A stretch of DNA of 63,898 bases, filler included, from Choristocarpus tenellus KU-1152 (lineage: Eukaryota > Protista > Phaeophyceae), in NCBI GenBank assembly GCA_964200185.2. It is 11 parts of 11 records of this genome, joined end to end, with 100 filler letters (N's around TTAATTAATTAA, not from the genome) between each part and the next. Parts side by side here need not be neighbours in the genome. Positions count along the whole stretch, not along the records: positions 22,632 to 26,550 come from CAXNAD020017144.1; positions 26,651 to 29,291 come from CAXNAD020026036.1; positions 29,392 to 39,397 come from CAXNAD020003214.1; 8 more parts are not named here. The stretch is one strand, 5' to 3'. A model generated the notes under the pieces. It was not told the origin of the DNA. It saw only the letters and a program-made list of their open reading frames with translations, and did not search any database. Both the position numbers and the translations under genes were made by a program. Position 1 is the stretch's first letter. Each line of letters starts with the position of its first letter. Positions 24,864 to 39,100 of the stretch are shown in pieces.

Positions 24864-26319
24864 GTGAGGTATTAAGTGATATGAAATGATATGATATGAA
24901 ACGATATAGTATGAAATGATATAGTATGCTCTACTGTACTGTCAACAGTGTGATGGTTATTATTCTCATTGCATTATTATTGTCTATTTTTTTATTTATT
25001 TGTTTGATAGCGAGTGATTATATGTTATTGGTTTTATTTATTGTTTGCTGTAGTTTCATTACTGTCAGTGTTTGTTGGTGTTATTTTTTTTATCTTCATT
25101 AGTCTCAGAGGTCTCAGGACCTGTGGTCACGAGGTAGCTTATGTGGAAGAAAAAAAAAGACAATTAAAACAAAATAAATACAATGTCATCAGTATAGAGC
25201 AGGATGGTGGATAGGGAGGGTGGGGCAGAGTAGAGGTGGGTGCATGTATTTGTGTGTATTGTTTGTTTTAGGTAAAGGAGGCCGTCTGAAGTGGCATGAG
25301 GTTGATTTTGTGAGTTGTGATTTTTTCTGTTTTTCTCCTCTTTCCTTTTGTCCAGTGTTTTGTTTCTTGGATGGCCTTGTTATTATTATTATTATTATTA
25401 TTGTTATCTGTGTTTTTGTTATTAAATTTACTTTTGAAATGGGATTGTACCTTAGCAAGAAGTGTCTGGATATTGTTGGAGGTGTTATCAAGATATGTGG
25501 AGTTGTGATGGGTTTTGGAGTCACCATTGCACCTCAATGTATAAGTCATGCGCAAAAGACCAAGTTGCATCCTGTTTTGTATTGAGACCGTTTGTTCATA
25601 AGAGTGACTTACTCATTTGACGGCTAAATCTCCGGCACTCCCCAGAAGTTCAAAATGTCTTTAAGTCTTGGTGCGTTATTTATCCATTTAGAATCTGTTG
25701 GTAAACCGCACCCACAGTCCCTTCAAGTGAACTGCAAGTCAGGTTGAGATTGGAAGTGAACATATGGGACTCTCTCTTGCCCACCTGTAGACATGAAGGA
25801 CAACCCTGTACCACACACGACTAGAGATTCTTGTTTTTCCAAATGCTATATCCTAGTAGTTTTGAACTCTAGAGACAGGGCACATTCTGTGTAGATTTGG
25901 AGACGTTCCTTGAGTCGAAGTAGAGGAGAGGTACCCGGAGTTGCATTTTATGGATGCTGACAAATATGCGAAAGATTCAGCTATTTTTTTTACAAAAGTG
26001 TATACTCCAAGTAGAGTATGTTTTTTTAATTGTGCCGAAAAAGTTTTGAACAACAGAGAATAAACGCCTCAAGTTAAACTGAGAACTTCATCCATAGAAT
26101 TAGGGTTGAACTGCAAAAGATAAAAAAAAGAAAAGATTTAAATGCAAAAACGCCCAAATCCTGGGTACCTCTCGTCTCCTTTGGCTCCTTTCTCGGCTGC
26201 ATGAATCATTCTGCCACTTGCAATGCACTCCACTTTGTTCCTTAATTCTGCGATGGTACGAGATTTCGTTTCCTTTTTTGTATTTTACCGTTTTTTTCAC
26301 GAATAACAAGACTTTTTGC

Positions 26320-26545
26320 GGTTGATGTATTTGCTCAAATTGAAGCTCTGGACATAATTGCTCCAAGGGATTTTTTTTTTGTCTTCGTATTTTGTTCCGA
26401 AATAGTTCTGAATATCTTTCGGAGAAGTGGAACCAAAAAAAATTATCCTTTTCGGCCCTGTTTTCAGTGTCTGCGCTGCTCCTGGGTACGGGTACGGGTA
26501 CGGGTACAACGCCACCCCATCGCCACACAACATCTCAGCACCTGG
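26320..26545. repeat. Dispersed degenerate repeat, homologous to ~56830-57025 (probable relic of a coding mobile element)
   Basis: Shared AAATTGAA.CTCTGGA.ATAATTG, AAATAGTTCTGAAT, GAAGTGGAACC.AAAAAA and CACACAACATCTCAGCACCT blocks on two different contigs. Confidence 0.75.
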
Positions 26546-26903
26546 CCAAGNNNNNNNNNNNNNNNNNNNNNNNNNNNNNNNNNNNNNNNNNNNNTTAATT
26601 AATTAANNNNNNNNNNNNNNNNNNNNNNNNNNNNNNNNNNNNNNNNNNNNAGAAGATGTGACATGGCATCTGAACCTACCACAGCTCAACATTTTGCTCG
26701 GGTGATACACATTATGTATCGCAGAGGCAACAAAACAACCTTGTAGGGGTTCAGGAAGAGTCAAAGAGCCAGTGTCAGCAAGAAAGTCAGTATGAAATCG
26801 TATGCTGGTCAATATTCCATTTTTCATATACTAACACAATTGTCAACAGAAAGAGAAATCACCGAAACTCAAGAACCGCTTCTTGTCGTCTCTAGTATTT
26901 TTA

Positions 26904-27015
26904 TAGCCAAAGTATCTTAGAGGATAGAGCCGCGTCCATTTGGGGGTCAAAATACAATGTTGTGATATTGATGTAATTCTGGCTATCGTGTGTACCCTCT
27001 AAGATAGTTTCACTC
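26904..27015. mobile_element. MITE family A, internally deleted 112-bp copy
   Basis: Ends AAAGTATCTTAGAGGATAG ... TACCCTCTAAGATAGTTTCACTC; internal sequence is homologous to 41641-41901 and 60885-61144. Confidence 0.8.
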
Positions 27016-28055
27016 TTTAAGAATACAAATGTCCAACAATTTCAGATTTTGTATCTCAAAAAATTGGAGGGTGCCATTTTTTTTTTGACCTTTTGGTTTC
27101 TGGACATTGGAAATCATTAATTATCATCAATTAAGTATGTCCTACTACCACCTTCAGCATGGATTCCCATTCAAAAAGTGAACCTTAAAACGTTTTATGA
27201 CATTTACAAAAAAAAACATATGGGCACTTTCCTCGCACCATTTGGGTCAAACCCATCCTCCATGAAATGATCCATCTGCCATTATCATGATCCGCTGTTA
27301 AATGAAGAAATTCATCCTCTGTGAAGAGGGTTGTTACCTTAGCTGAGAAGGGCTTGGAACGATGGTTTCAACTCTGATTATAATGTATCCTGGTGTGTGT
27401 CTGGTACATATTGCAGAGCGAATAGGATGTCTCATGAGGTGGCAATGCTGGTCCAGTAAAAAAAAAATCAACACATAATATGCAACTGATAACTTCTGTT
27501 AAAAAGAAGTAAAACGAGGAAGAAACAAGAAGGCAAGCTCAAATCCATATCTAAGGTAATTATTGTGGCACATAGTATGCCTGTATGTGTGTGTGATGGG
27601 TAGCGACTGTTCTTATGCTTCCTATGTACTGTGATGTTCTGACAGTGGTTGAGTAAAGTTGTGGTGATGAGCTAATGATGTAAATGGGAATAGCAACCAT
27701 TGCAATGGACAAATCAACACTCAGTATGGACTGACGATACTGTATCGTATCAAGACAAATCGAATGAGTAGGCTATGTTTTAACATCGTCAGTAGGAGCG
27801 CTAAGTTTCTCACCATGATGGGGATGATGACCCTCGCATTAGAGTTTATCAATTGCGTACTTGATACATTTGTTTGTTCATCCCGTTAGGAATACTGCCG
27901 AGGTGTAAAAATTCGAACGTAAGGGCGGCTTTCCTAATCCATAACCACACAGTCTACACTGATCCAAGCGCCAAGCGCAGGTCCTAAATGCATTCTATGC
28001 CACAAAACATCAAAAAAGGACAATCCCTCCACGACTAAAGACAGTAATTCCACGA

Positions 28056-28236
28056 GACCCAAAGTATCTGGGGGGGGGGGGGGGGGGTCTACACCAGGGT
28101 GTCCATTTGGGGAAAAATCGGGAAAGTGCATTTTCATTATCCATCCGACGTATGCAACCAAATCACCCAAAAATCGCGAAATAAAAAAATTTACCCCAAA
28201 TGGACAGCTGCCACCCCCTCCCCGATACTTTGAGCC
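28056..28236. mobile_element. MITE family B (~180 bp, poly-G/poly-C TIRs), TSD CGA
   Basis: GACCCAAAGTATCTGGGG...GTGTCCATTTGGG...CCCCAAATGGACAG...GATACTTTGAGCC, flanked by CGA on both sides. Confidence 0.9.
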
Positions 28237-29391
28237 CGAATTTTAAACACCTCTCGTCGGGGCCAAAACGGACGCCCCAGTGCAAACCACACACACACAC
28301 CAGATACTTTGACCCTAAAAATGGTCCATATTCATCTCCACAGCACTTCCAATCTCGACACCAAATCTATACATCACACCTCAGATACTGCGCCCCACGC
28401 CATGTTTGTTTCCTGTCATTCTTTTCCATCAATACCCCTGTCAAACTTCTGGTTAGGTATTTGTCAATACAGCTATAATAGTGTGGACAAATGTAGTGTC
28501 CGAATGTGCTCTCTATCTTTTTCACTGTAATCGTTACTCTGCAGAAAAATGTTTGTGTGGGAGAATTTCTTCTGCATTGGTTGAGGTCTAAGTCCTGTCG
28601 GGTGACGTTGGAACTGGGGCAGTTTTTGTATCAAACCCTAGCAAAAACTATACTTCATGCAAGGTGTTGGGTATGCCTAACAAACAAAGAGGCAGAGCCT
28701 GCTTGCTTAGCCTCCGTTGCTTCTACTCTACCGCACTGGGAATAGGTAGGTGAGGTTCTGAGGTTCTGGTTTAACCACATACACACTTACCTCAAGTGTC
28801 TAAGAACAAGTATGCCGGAGAACGCTATTATAGACACTGGGTATATCCCAGAAGACCTAATGTTTCTTTTTGTTGGAGTTCTCCTCCAACAGCAAATCTT
28901 ATTAATATATACTACGTCCCCCTTCCAGGTCAAAAGAAATTTGGACCATATTCATTTAACACAGACCACCTGACCATTTGTGATCACTGCTCCAACCTAA
29001 TATTGATTTCCCCGTGGGAGCACACATACACAAACATTTTTTCTGTCCGAGATTCGACAGTCGTTCATGGAGTTGTACCAGCGTCAGAGGAGGTGACTTC
29101 ACAAAATGTTATAGAGAACCTGTTACAGCGTGCCCCCCAGCACTCACTTTCCACAGGATATGCAACTCAAATCCAACGACCTTAAAACGATGCTATGCGG
29201 GGGCTCACAAATGATGACCATGTATGGTGTCAGTTGATGCTTAGCTCAGTAAATGTCTCGCTTTTCGCTTTATCAAAAGAGGGTAAGGATCNNNNNNNNN
29301 NNNNNNNNNNNNNNNNNNNNNNNNNNNNNNNNNNNTTAATTAATTAANNNNNNNNNNNNNNNNNNNNNNNNNNNNNNNNNNNNNNNNNNNN

Positions 29392-29424
<33 letters not shown>

Positions 29425-30297
29425 GGAGGGGATTTGCAGTGGGATTTGGGTGTTGATTTTCCCATATTCTGCAACATACAGTCATACTCTAGTTTTCATT
29501 GTATTAATATTATTACTAGTATTTTACATCATAATAGTTTGGGGACTATCCCAACCCGTGGTCGGAGGATTTACGCACTCTCTGTCTTAGTGTACTAATA
29601 GTCCATATGAAAGTACCACTATTAGGGTTAGGGTTAGGGTTAGTGCCAAATAGGTTCACACAGTACCATTTAACTTTTAACATTTAACATTTAACTTTGC
29701 CGGCAAAATTGATACGCTATGAGCAATATGTTCATGTTTAAGACCTGTAGGCCGTCATAAATCGTGTTTAAAAACTTTTAACTTTTTTTTTTTTGAAGCA
29801 AGAACATATTTCCCAGAAACCTGCTTCCTCCCCGATTTGAAAAAATAATATCGGGATTTGAATCAGTCATGTATTGCCTGAGAAGAATGGCACTGTTCAC
29901 TATACTGTGTACTCTCTTTGCTGTACTGTACACTATTATGGACCCTGCCTATAGGACACACCCTAACCCTAACCCAATGATGTATGAGACTTCAATGTCG
30001 CACTCTGAGTTAGACTGGCTCTATTCTGGCCTTGTGTGTAGAGAAGTATAAGAAATAAACTTAGGGTTAGGGCTGTTTGTGAACTGTGGGTGCAATCAGT
30101 ATTGATACTAGTCAGGGTTATAGTCAGTGATTCAATTCAATGCATAAACTCTTATCATGCTTCCGCCCCACCCATGACCCTACCCACCCCTAACCCTAAG
30201 CCCTTATCTGAAGCTTATCTGAAATCCTTCTAGCCTCATCCCACACATACGCCCTCTCCTCCTTCCAACACCTCTGAATGTGTTTGGTTTTTTGCAG

Positions 30298-33077
30298 GGA
30301 ATAGTATATCTCCTCAACTGTGCTCTAAGCTGTCTTCAGACTTTCCTGTCATCAGTGGTGTCCTAGTAAGTACACCGATAACCTGGTAGTGGTTCACCAA
30401 ATGCTTTCACTAAACTCTTTCTCTAAACACTTTCACTTAACACTTTCTCTAAACACTTTCACTTAACACTTTCTCTAAACACTCTCACTTAACACTTTCT
30501 CTAAACACTTTCACTTAACACTTTCTCTAAACACTTTCACTTAACACTTTCTCTAAACACTCTCACCAAACTCTCTCGCTAAACACTTTCACTTAACAAA
30601 CCAACCTGAAGAAGCAAACAAGAAAATGATATTGTAGTACAAGTGTAGTACAGCAAGCGGAGTGATCAAACTAAACAAAAGAACAAGCAATGTCCCTGAT
30701 TCAGATGCCTTGGTGAAAGAGGTCTTCTGTACTTGAGTAGGGCTAGGGTTAGGGCCGGCCCTCTTTTGTTTTTACATCAACCCAAAGAAAGCCATATTAC
30801 TCTCTACAAAACCACATTTCAAATTAGCCAGTGGATGAAGTTGTGTCTATGCATATAGTACTTTGTGGTGTGGATTTGGAGTGGGGATAGCTTCAGAGAG
30901 AGTATACTGATTTTTTTTTATTGTCAATTCCATTACTATTATTGTGAGGACGTGATACTTGGGTGTGAGACCTTGAAGGAGATACTGAGAATGACCCCAT
31001 CTATTGATAGTATTAGGGTTAGGGTTAGGGTTAGGGTTGTGGTGTATGTAGAGTCCTGTGATCCGTTCTCTGTGAAAAAAAATGTCTAATATATTTTTAT
31101 TTCTTTTCATTTTGTAACCTCTTCGAGTACCTTTCAAATGATGATAATAATAATAATAATAATAATAATAACAGTTTGAGAACCCCTCGGACTAATGGTA
31201 ATGCAATTTTATGTTTTATTTGTATTAGTTTTATTATTCCTTTTGCACTGACAACTCCAAACAAACAAACAAACAAGGCTCTGATAGGCAGTGTGACGAA
31301 TTTTATTTATAGTATTGATTTAAACTATTGATTTAAACTATTTGCACTGGAGCAAGGTGTGTTCCTGTTTTGGAATACAAGGATAGTTACCATCAAGACG
31401 TCAAGAGATGAAAAAATCATGTGCATTTGATTTTAATGAATATTTTCCTCTGTCAAAATGATATCAGACGAACAACCCTAACCCTAACCCTAACCCAAAA
31501 CCTCCACCAAAAGTAACACAAAAGAAACACAAAAGAAACACAAAACAAGCACACTAGACTTGACCTGTCTGTCTTGACTTGGACTACTCTTGTCCTACAT
31601 GTGGTGTGTTTGGGTGTGTTTATTTTTGGGGGAGGGGGGCTACTGCCCAATGTGCCTACCCTTTATCCCCAGGATACTGACCTAATTATGGCAGCAACAG
31701 TAATAATAATAATTATTATTATTATAGTGGCATGACCACCATCACTAACCCTAACCCTAAGGACAAGCTACGATACACTAGGTCTCTAGTGGTGGAGGGG
31801 AAGGAGGAGAATAGCAAAGATGAGAGTAGCCCCACTGCCAAAATAGACCAGTCTGGGATCAACAAGAAGATGGGGTGCCAGCAGACTGAAGGACCACAAA
31901 GTACTAGCCCCAGGGCCGGCTCTGGGGTTGGTATGGCAAAGGAGGCGTATGGGGCATTGTTAGGTACACAAGATGGGGGTGGCAATTATATGTCAGTCTC
32001 ACAAGAATACAATGGCAATTGTATGTCAGGAGAATACAATGCATGTGAGTCACTGGCAGGGGGATTTTTGGAGTGGGGTGAGGGGGATAATGACTGTGTA
32101 TGTATACACATGCACATTTTTATTCTGTAATTTGTACAGTTACATATCAACACAACACACTGTATTGGTGTATTAAAAATTGTAGCATTCATATATTGGT
32201 AGTATTACTATTATAGTATTCATATATTGGTAGTATTACCTGTTGTAGTGAAGTGAATCAGAGGAACGGTAAGGTGAGGTGCCACTGAGTTTTTTGTTTT
32301 GAGATGCAGAGGAGCGATAATTTTTCAGTGAGAAATTGGAAGGTAAATGCACGTACGTTGTCTTTTTTTTTAGAATGGGGGCAAGTCATTGGTCAAGCCT
32401 ATGTATACACTTTGATCCTTGGAGAAGTCCCCCAGGCACTGCACCCTTAACTACACCATGAGGCGTTTGACCGGTAATAATAATAGTGATAGTAATAATA
32501 ATAATAATAGTTATAGTAATAATAGTTATAGTAATAATAGTAGTAATAGTAATAATAGTTATAGTAATAATAGTAGTAATAGTAATAATAGTGATAGTAA
32601 TAATAATAATAGTTATAGTTATAGTAATAATAATATTAGTAATAATAATAATAGTGATAGTAATAATAGTAATAGTAGTAATAATAATAATAATAGTGAT
32701 AGTAATAGTAATAATAATATTAGTAATAATAATAATAGTAGTAATAGTAATAGTGATGTGGTGAAAGTTAAAAAAGCAGTTGCAGCTGAATTTTTAGTAT
32801 TTTAGGGTTAGGGTTAGGGTTGTCACAATCAGCACCACAGTTAGTATTAGTATGTTAGTATGTTAGTAGAACTTGAGATACTTGTCACTTGTGTTTTTTG
32901 AAAACTGGTGTTGACACTACAATGTAATGTGGTTAGGGTTAGGGTTGACACTACAATGTAATGTGGTTAGGGTTAGGGTTAGTGATTGTGAAGGGAGGTT
33001 TGGAGCTTTTGAAATATCAAACACTTATGATGAGACAGTAGGTGGGTATTTTAAAATTGTTTTATTGGTAGACACTT

Positions 33078-33112
<35 letters not shown>

Positions 33113-36100
33113 ATCTATTGTTAGAAATGATAATAATAATAATGATTATTATCTTTACGGATGCTGTCTGTTTTTTGTTCATACATTTTTTTCAAGGGTT
33201 AGGGTTAGGGTTAGTTCGTCTACATTTTCGTATGTGTGTACCTACTCTACCCATTGGTGTGTATGGGAAAGCATATGTGAAACTATTTATTTATTGTTCA
33301 TTTATTATTTATTATTTATTTTTGCAAGATAATACAAAGGACAAAAGGAAGATATACACATATATCTGTACATATTTTCTCATACTTGTAAAGATATAAC
33401 AATTTTTATTAAATTGTTATACCAGTGTATATTTGTGCAGGTATCTCTGTCATTCACTGTTTATCATACATGCTATACTGTGTTCCAAAATGTGGGGACT
33501 GGAGAGTGAAATAGCAGAAGAGTATTTTTAGTCAACCAACATCAACTTTGCCGTTTTTCTACAGTAGTAGAAGGTAAGTGTGTAGTGAGATACCTTTTGG
33601 GGTTATATATACATATATGTGTGTGTGTGTGTGTATCCTGCTCTTGCAGTTTATCCAATTAATTTATCTTATTTTGGGGTTATATTTACATATATATGTA
33701 TGTGTGTGTGTGTGTATCCTGCTCTAGCAGTTTATCCAATAAATTTATCTTATTTTGGGGGTATATTTACATATATATATGTATATTCGCTATTTAACCC
33801 TAACCCTAATATTATTTTGTTAATATTTTTTATTATTATCGTTATATTTTTGCGGGGGGTTAGGGTTAGGGTTCTGTTGTGTGTCATTCAGTCTGGTGGG
33901 TTATCATTGGAGGGTAGGGGGGGAGGGAGAGGGCTTGCCTTGTGTACAGTAGTGTTGAATTTTTAATTCTAGGGTTAGGGGTGGGCTACCTACCTGCTTT
34001 GCTGTGTCCCTAACCCTAATCCCAATGTGTTTTTTGTTGTGGAGGAACTTACAACTTGAAGGGAAACTATTTCCTCCTCAGTAGTCTTGTGTGTGGTCAT
34101 GAGTCATGAGAGGTGTTGTTATGTTAGGTTATTTTGTTATGTTGATATGTTATTTTATTATGTTAGGTTATGTTATGTTGATATGTTATTTTATTGTGTT
34201 AGTTTATGTTAGGTTATTATGTTATTTTATTATGTTAGGTTATGTTATGTTGATATGTTATTATATTATAACGTGTACAACTCTCATTCATGGTGCTTAT
34301 CACTCCACCCCTCCCCCTCCCCCTCATAGCTGACCTTTGCCTTCCTTGCTTTTTTGTTTCATAACTGTCTGATAACTGTTTCATAACTGTTTCATAACTG
34401 TTTCATAACTGTTTCATGACTGTTTCGTAACTGTCTGATGACTGTTTCATGTGCCTATGTCTTCTCTCTCTATCTCTCTATCTCTCTCACTGTCTCACTG
34501 CATCTGCTTTGTTGTTTTTTTGTAGTTCCGGAGTTGGTGGTAAACCTGGAGGCGTTTATGAGAAGGGGGGACATGTTTGGAGTCACACAGATGGAGAAGA
34601 AAATTCAAACTTGGGTCAGAAAGATGGAGGTAATAACTCTCTTGTTACTTATTTTTATTTCAGGTCACTCTGGGGTTAGGGTTAGGGGTTAGGGTTATTC
34701 TTAACCATAGATATTATTATTATTTTTATTTATTTATGATATATTTGAGAGGGGGAACAAGGCAGGGGCAGGGCAAGGATGAAAAAAATTGTGAGGAAAA
34801 GGAGAGTTTGTAGAGATGATGGGAGGCAACTGGAGATGCTTTGTCTTGGTGTTGGGGATAGGGTTTGATGTCACTACACAGCCTTCAATATACCAGTGCT
34901 TTTGTAAGACTGTGTAACATACATAAATATAGGAATAGTCTAATGGTCCCTGTGGGTTGGACTTGATGAATTGCTGAGGTGGCATCCTAACCTCTCATTT
35001 AAGTGTAGTAATTTAGATGCCAATATGCTTGTGTAGTAATTTAGACGTCGAGATGTTGGTGCAGTTATTTAGATGTCAAGATGTTGGTGTTATCACTTTT
35101 CCACCAATGCACTGCAGCACTCTTTGTGTTAGGGTTAGGGTTAGGACATTTGACTTTATTAGTGTAAGACATTTGACAGCAAGACATATTAAGTTCAAGG
35201 TGATAGCGGTGATGGTACTGACATCTCAATTAACTACCTTGTATCTTGGTATTAACTATTTTGTCAGACTGCCTGAGTAGCCAATTAACCCTAACCCTAA
35301 GAATGTGGTGTCTTAGTAAATATAATAATATTTCAGGGTTAGGGATTTGATTTGTGTATTGAAACAGAGTCAATATGTAGAGTATCTGGAACACCTGCAA
35401 CCTACCCTTATTGAATTCTGTACCTTTGACCCTAACCCTAACCCTATTTAGCCCTGATAATAATAGAAGAGTAAAACTATTGATGTCTATAGAGTGGTCT
35501 GTAGAGTGTAACAAGCAGATTGCTCAATGAGTTCATAATTTATTATCTCCATTATTCTTAGGGTTAGGGTTAGGGTTAGGACTACACTTGGATATTTTTA
35601 TTCATGGATCATCTTACCTCTATTTTTCAAGATGGCCATATCCCTAACCCTAACCCTTCCTTCTGAAGGTACAGTTGATGAGTTAAAGAGGTACAAGGAC
35701 AAGAATGGAGTGAATCATGGTCTGTTATTGACATGTTCCCTCACTATGTGTGTGGGATGTCACATTAGTCCTAAAAAATAGAGCATTAATACTACTATTA
35801 CTACTACTGATTTTTTTATCATTAATATATATATATATATATGTGTGTGTAGACATTGTGTGATTTTTTCAACATTTTTTCTCATCTGAAAATAATAATA
35901 ATAATACCATAATAACAATCAACATTTGTTTTGTCCTTGGGCATGGATGGATGCATGGATGGATGGATGTTGCAAGGGAATTGGAGGGGCATGGATTCCC
36001 ATTGTGAAGACAGTTGTGTCTTCAAGGGTGCCTGGGTTCAAAGCTTACACGAGGTACTATATTATTATTACTATTATTATTATTATTAATATTATTGACC

Positions 36101-39100
36101 ACTTCAGGCTAGGGTTAGGGTAATTGTCACTTTTCTCTCTCTGGGTTAGGGTTAGGGTTAGCATACGTGTAGTACTTTGAAGTTTGTAACTGCAGGAGGT
36201 GTACCTTGGTAAGGGTTATTTTTAGGGTTAGGTGTTTTTGGCATGGTCAAGGATACCACTCGAGTTTTGGATTAGGGTTAGGGTTAGGGTGCAATATTGA
36301 TAATGATGTAATGGATGTTGCCAAGAGATGTTGGCCTGCCAAGGTTTATGAAAATATTTAAATCTTTGTTTTTGCATTGAATGTTATTTTGTATTTTTTC
36401 TAATTGCATTGGCACGGCCCTCTATCCCTAACCCTATCTCTAGCACTGTACTACTCTTGGCACTGTGTGCTTGTAACCCTAACCCTAAATGTAAAATTTT
36501 AATAAAAAACAGCAGCAGCAGCAGCAAGAAAATATACGAAAATGGTTCATGAACATCTATACTTCTATACTTTCTATCCACTTTTTTTGTCCAAGTTTAT
36601 AAATAAATGGAAATCATATTTCAAGAGTAAGATTTTCTTGACTCAAACTTTCCTCTCTCTTCAAGCCAAGTAGTTGGGATTTAGTATCAAAAAAAAAATG
36701 TTGGCAGTTTGACCTGTTACTGTCTATATGATACTATACACGTCTGTGTGTCAAAAACTGTCATTTGAGGATGAAACTGTCATTTGAAAGGAACCCAAAT
36801 GAAAAAAAAAAATGAGAAATAGTGCAATTAATAATAATAATAATAATAATATTGTTATTATTATAAGAATATTAGACCCCACTTGTGCATGTGTGTGTGT
36901 GTGTGTATTTGAAAGGATTAGTAACAATTAACATTTTCTATACTATATAACCATTAAACAAACACAGTACCATTAACATTTTCTATACTATATAACCATT
37001 AACAAACAACCATTCTCTACTTTTCGTTTCATCCCCCCCCCCCCCCAACGCACACACACACGAATTCTGTAAAATGTTTGCAGTATCTTTGTTTGCATCT
37101 GATTTGATCAAATCAGAACTAGACTGTTGATAACACAAACCTGGATATACAAAAAAAAACCATCAGACATGCCTGTTGTGATTTACAAAAACCTGTCTAT
37201 CCTTCACTGTTTCTGTTCCTGTTGCACAAAAAAAACAACTAATTGTTCATACGTAGACCACCATACAGAGACCTGAAGGTTGAGGCTGTTGAGGACATGA
37301 AAAACTGGGTGATGAAAAACAAAGACATTCAGTATGAGAGACAGTCCAAGCTGGCCAAGAGCTGGGTGTTTAAGGTGATTTTTCCTTAATCCAGGATGTG
37401 AATGGGGTTAGGGTTAGGGAGGGTGACCCACTGAAGGCTATTTAAGTACCCCTAACCCTAGCCCTCATGATACAGTGATGGTACATTAATGGAATTTCTT
37501 TCAAACCATGGAATGCCATCTAGGGGTAGGGCTAGCTTTTTCTTTTATATACTAAGGGTTAGGGTTAAGGTTACGGATTATCTCTATATTCTAAGTACAT
37601 AATATCCCTATTAATGAGAAAATATCAATGCTAGAATTACTCTAGCATGATCATCTATGTGCATTCTAATTCAAAACAGTTAATACCCACAACTTAGGGT
37701 TAGGGTTAGGTTTCCATTTTGTTTTGTTTTTCTGTTTTAGTTTTGGGAAAAAAAACTGTTATTAACACTTTATTATTATTATTATTATCTTGCAAGGGTT
37801 AGGGTTAGGGTTAGGGTTCCCTCTTGTCCAGCAAAGGCTTGAGTCCGCTGTCCAGAACACCATCTTGATCTTGTTTTGTGTATATCATTTATTCTTGGGT
37901 GAAGATCAGTCAAGACCATCTAACATGTTGGAATGATAGGACAATCTCAACACACTCAATGCACTCAAGGCAGTGTTTACAATCAAACATAGTTTGAATT
38001 AGGATTGGAATTATAAGGGGAAGGGGAGTAGAACAACTAACCCTAACCCTAAACAGAACAGCCGCGATGCACCTATCAGACTAACCCTAACCCTAACTGA
38101 AATCTCTATCCAAAGGACTAACCAACCTTGAAGAAGAAAGGAGTTCATGTAGACTGTTGCTTGGCAAGAGGCGAATGTCTGTGATATTTGATGTTTGATA
38201 TTTAATATTTGATAATTGATTTTGATATTTAATATTTGATATTTGATGTTCGATATTTAATATTTGATATTTGATAATTGATTTTGATATTTAATATTTG
38301 ATAATTGATTTTGATGTTTGATGTTTGATATTTAACATTTAATATTTGATGTTTGATGTTTAATATTTAATATTTGATAAATGATAAATGTTTTTGATAT
38401 TCGATGTTTGTTTTGAGATCAACAGTACAAATTGAATCAACAAAAGGACCCTTGGCAACCCAGTCAACCTTAGATGTGCCACCGGTGGTGTCCTTAAAAT
38501 TTGGAAACTGGACAGACCCTCAGTTAGACTCTTATCTTAGATGCACCACTGGAGGTGTCCTTAGGAACTCCCCAACACGTGTGTGTGAAAAAAAAAGAAA
38601 AAAAAAAGTGGGTAAATCGGAGTTAACATATTTTTTTGTTTGATGTAAAAGTTTTTTTATTATTATTTAAAATGTGGGTCTTGTCACAATTCCTCCATTT
38701 ATCGCTTTCTCTGATGTTTAAATAAATAGTGAGAAATATTTTAGAGTGATTCAAATTGTGTGTGTGTTTTTCTATAGGTTAATAATCATTGTTTAAAGTA
38801 GAGAGAAAGTATTCATCTGCCAAGATTAGTATTGATATGATAGAATGGTGGTAATACACTGATACTAACTAATTGTAATATATATCAGCCGGAGTGGGTG
38901 CCTTTGATGTTTTTTTGTTTTTTTCCCCTGACAGTTACAAATAGTTTGTAAATAGTTCATATATAGTATGTTCATTATAGTATGCTGATTCTCATTTTTA
39001 TTTTTGGTAACATTTTTTTTTTAAGAGTGTCTTCCTCTTCTTCCTCCCCTCTATAAACATTGATCTCTATCTCTATCTCTCTAAGTTTGTAATTTATTTT

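Larger units (their letters stand above)
29622..38097. repeat. Dense interstitial telomere-type tracts (TTAGGG)2-4 / (CCCTAA)2-4, about 35-40 separate sites, both orientations
   Basis: Examples: 29622-29643, 31013-31038, 31474-31496, 32801-32821, 35558-35580, 36272-36290, 37795-37817, 38082-38097. Confidence 0.95.

Noticed and set aside
32419-32805. Poly-Asn/Ser and poly-Ile/Val ORFs
   Set aside because: Translations of an (AAT/AGT)n microsatellite that starts at a splice-donor-like site.
33441-33573. Apparent exon with an in-frame TGA (33507-33509), suggesting Sec or stop-codon recoding
   Set aside because: Alternative acceptors just after the stop (AATAG|CAG|AAG, ~33514-33517) remove the need for readthrough; there is no homology or SECIS evidence.
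29622-38097. A true chromosome end in this contig
   Set aside because: The tracts are short, internal and in both orientations; there is no long terminal array.
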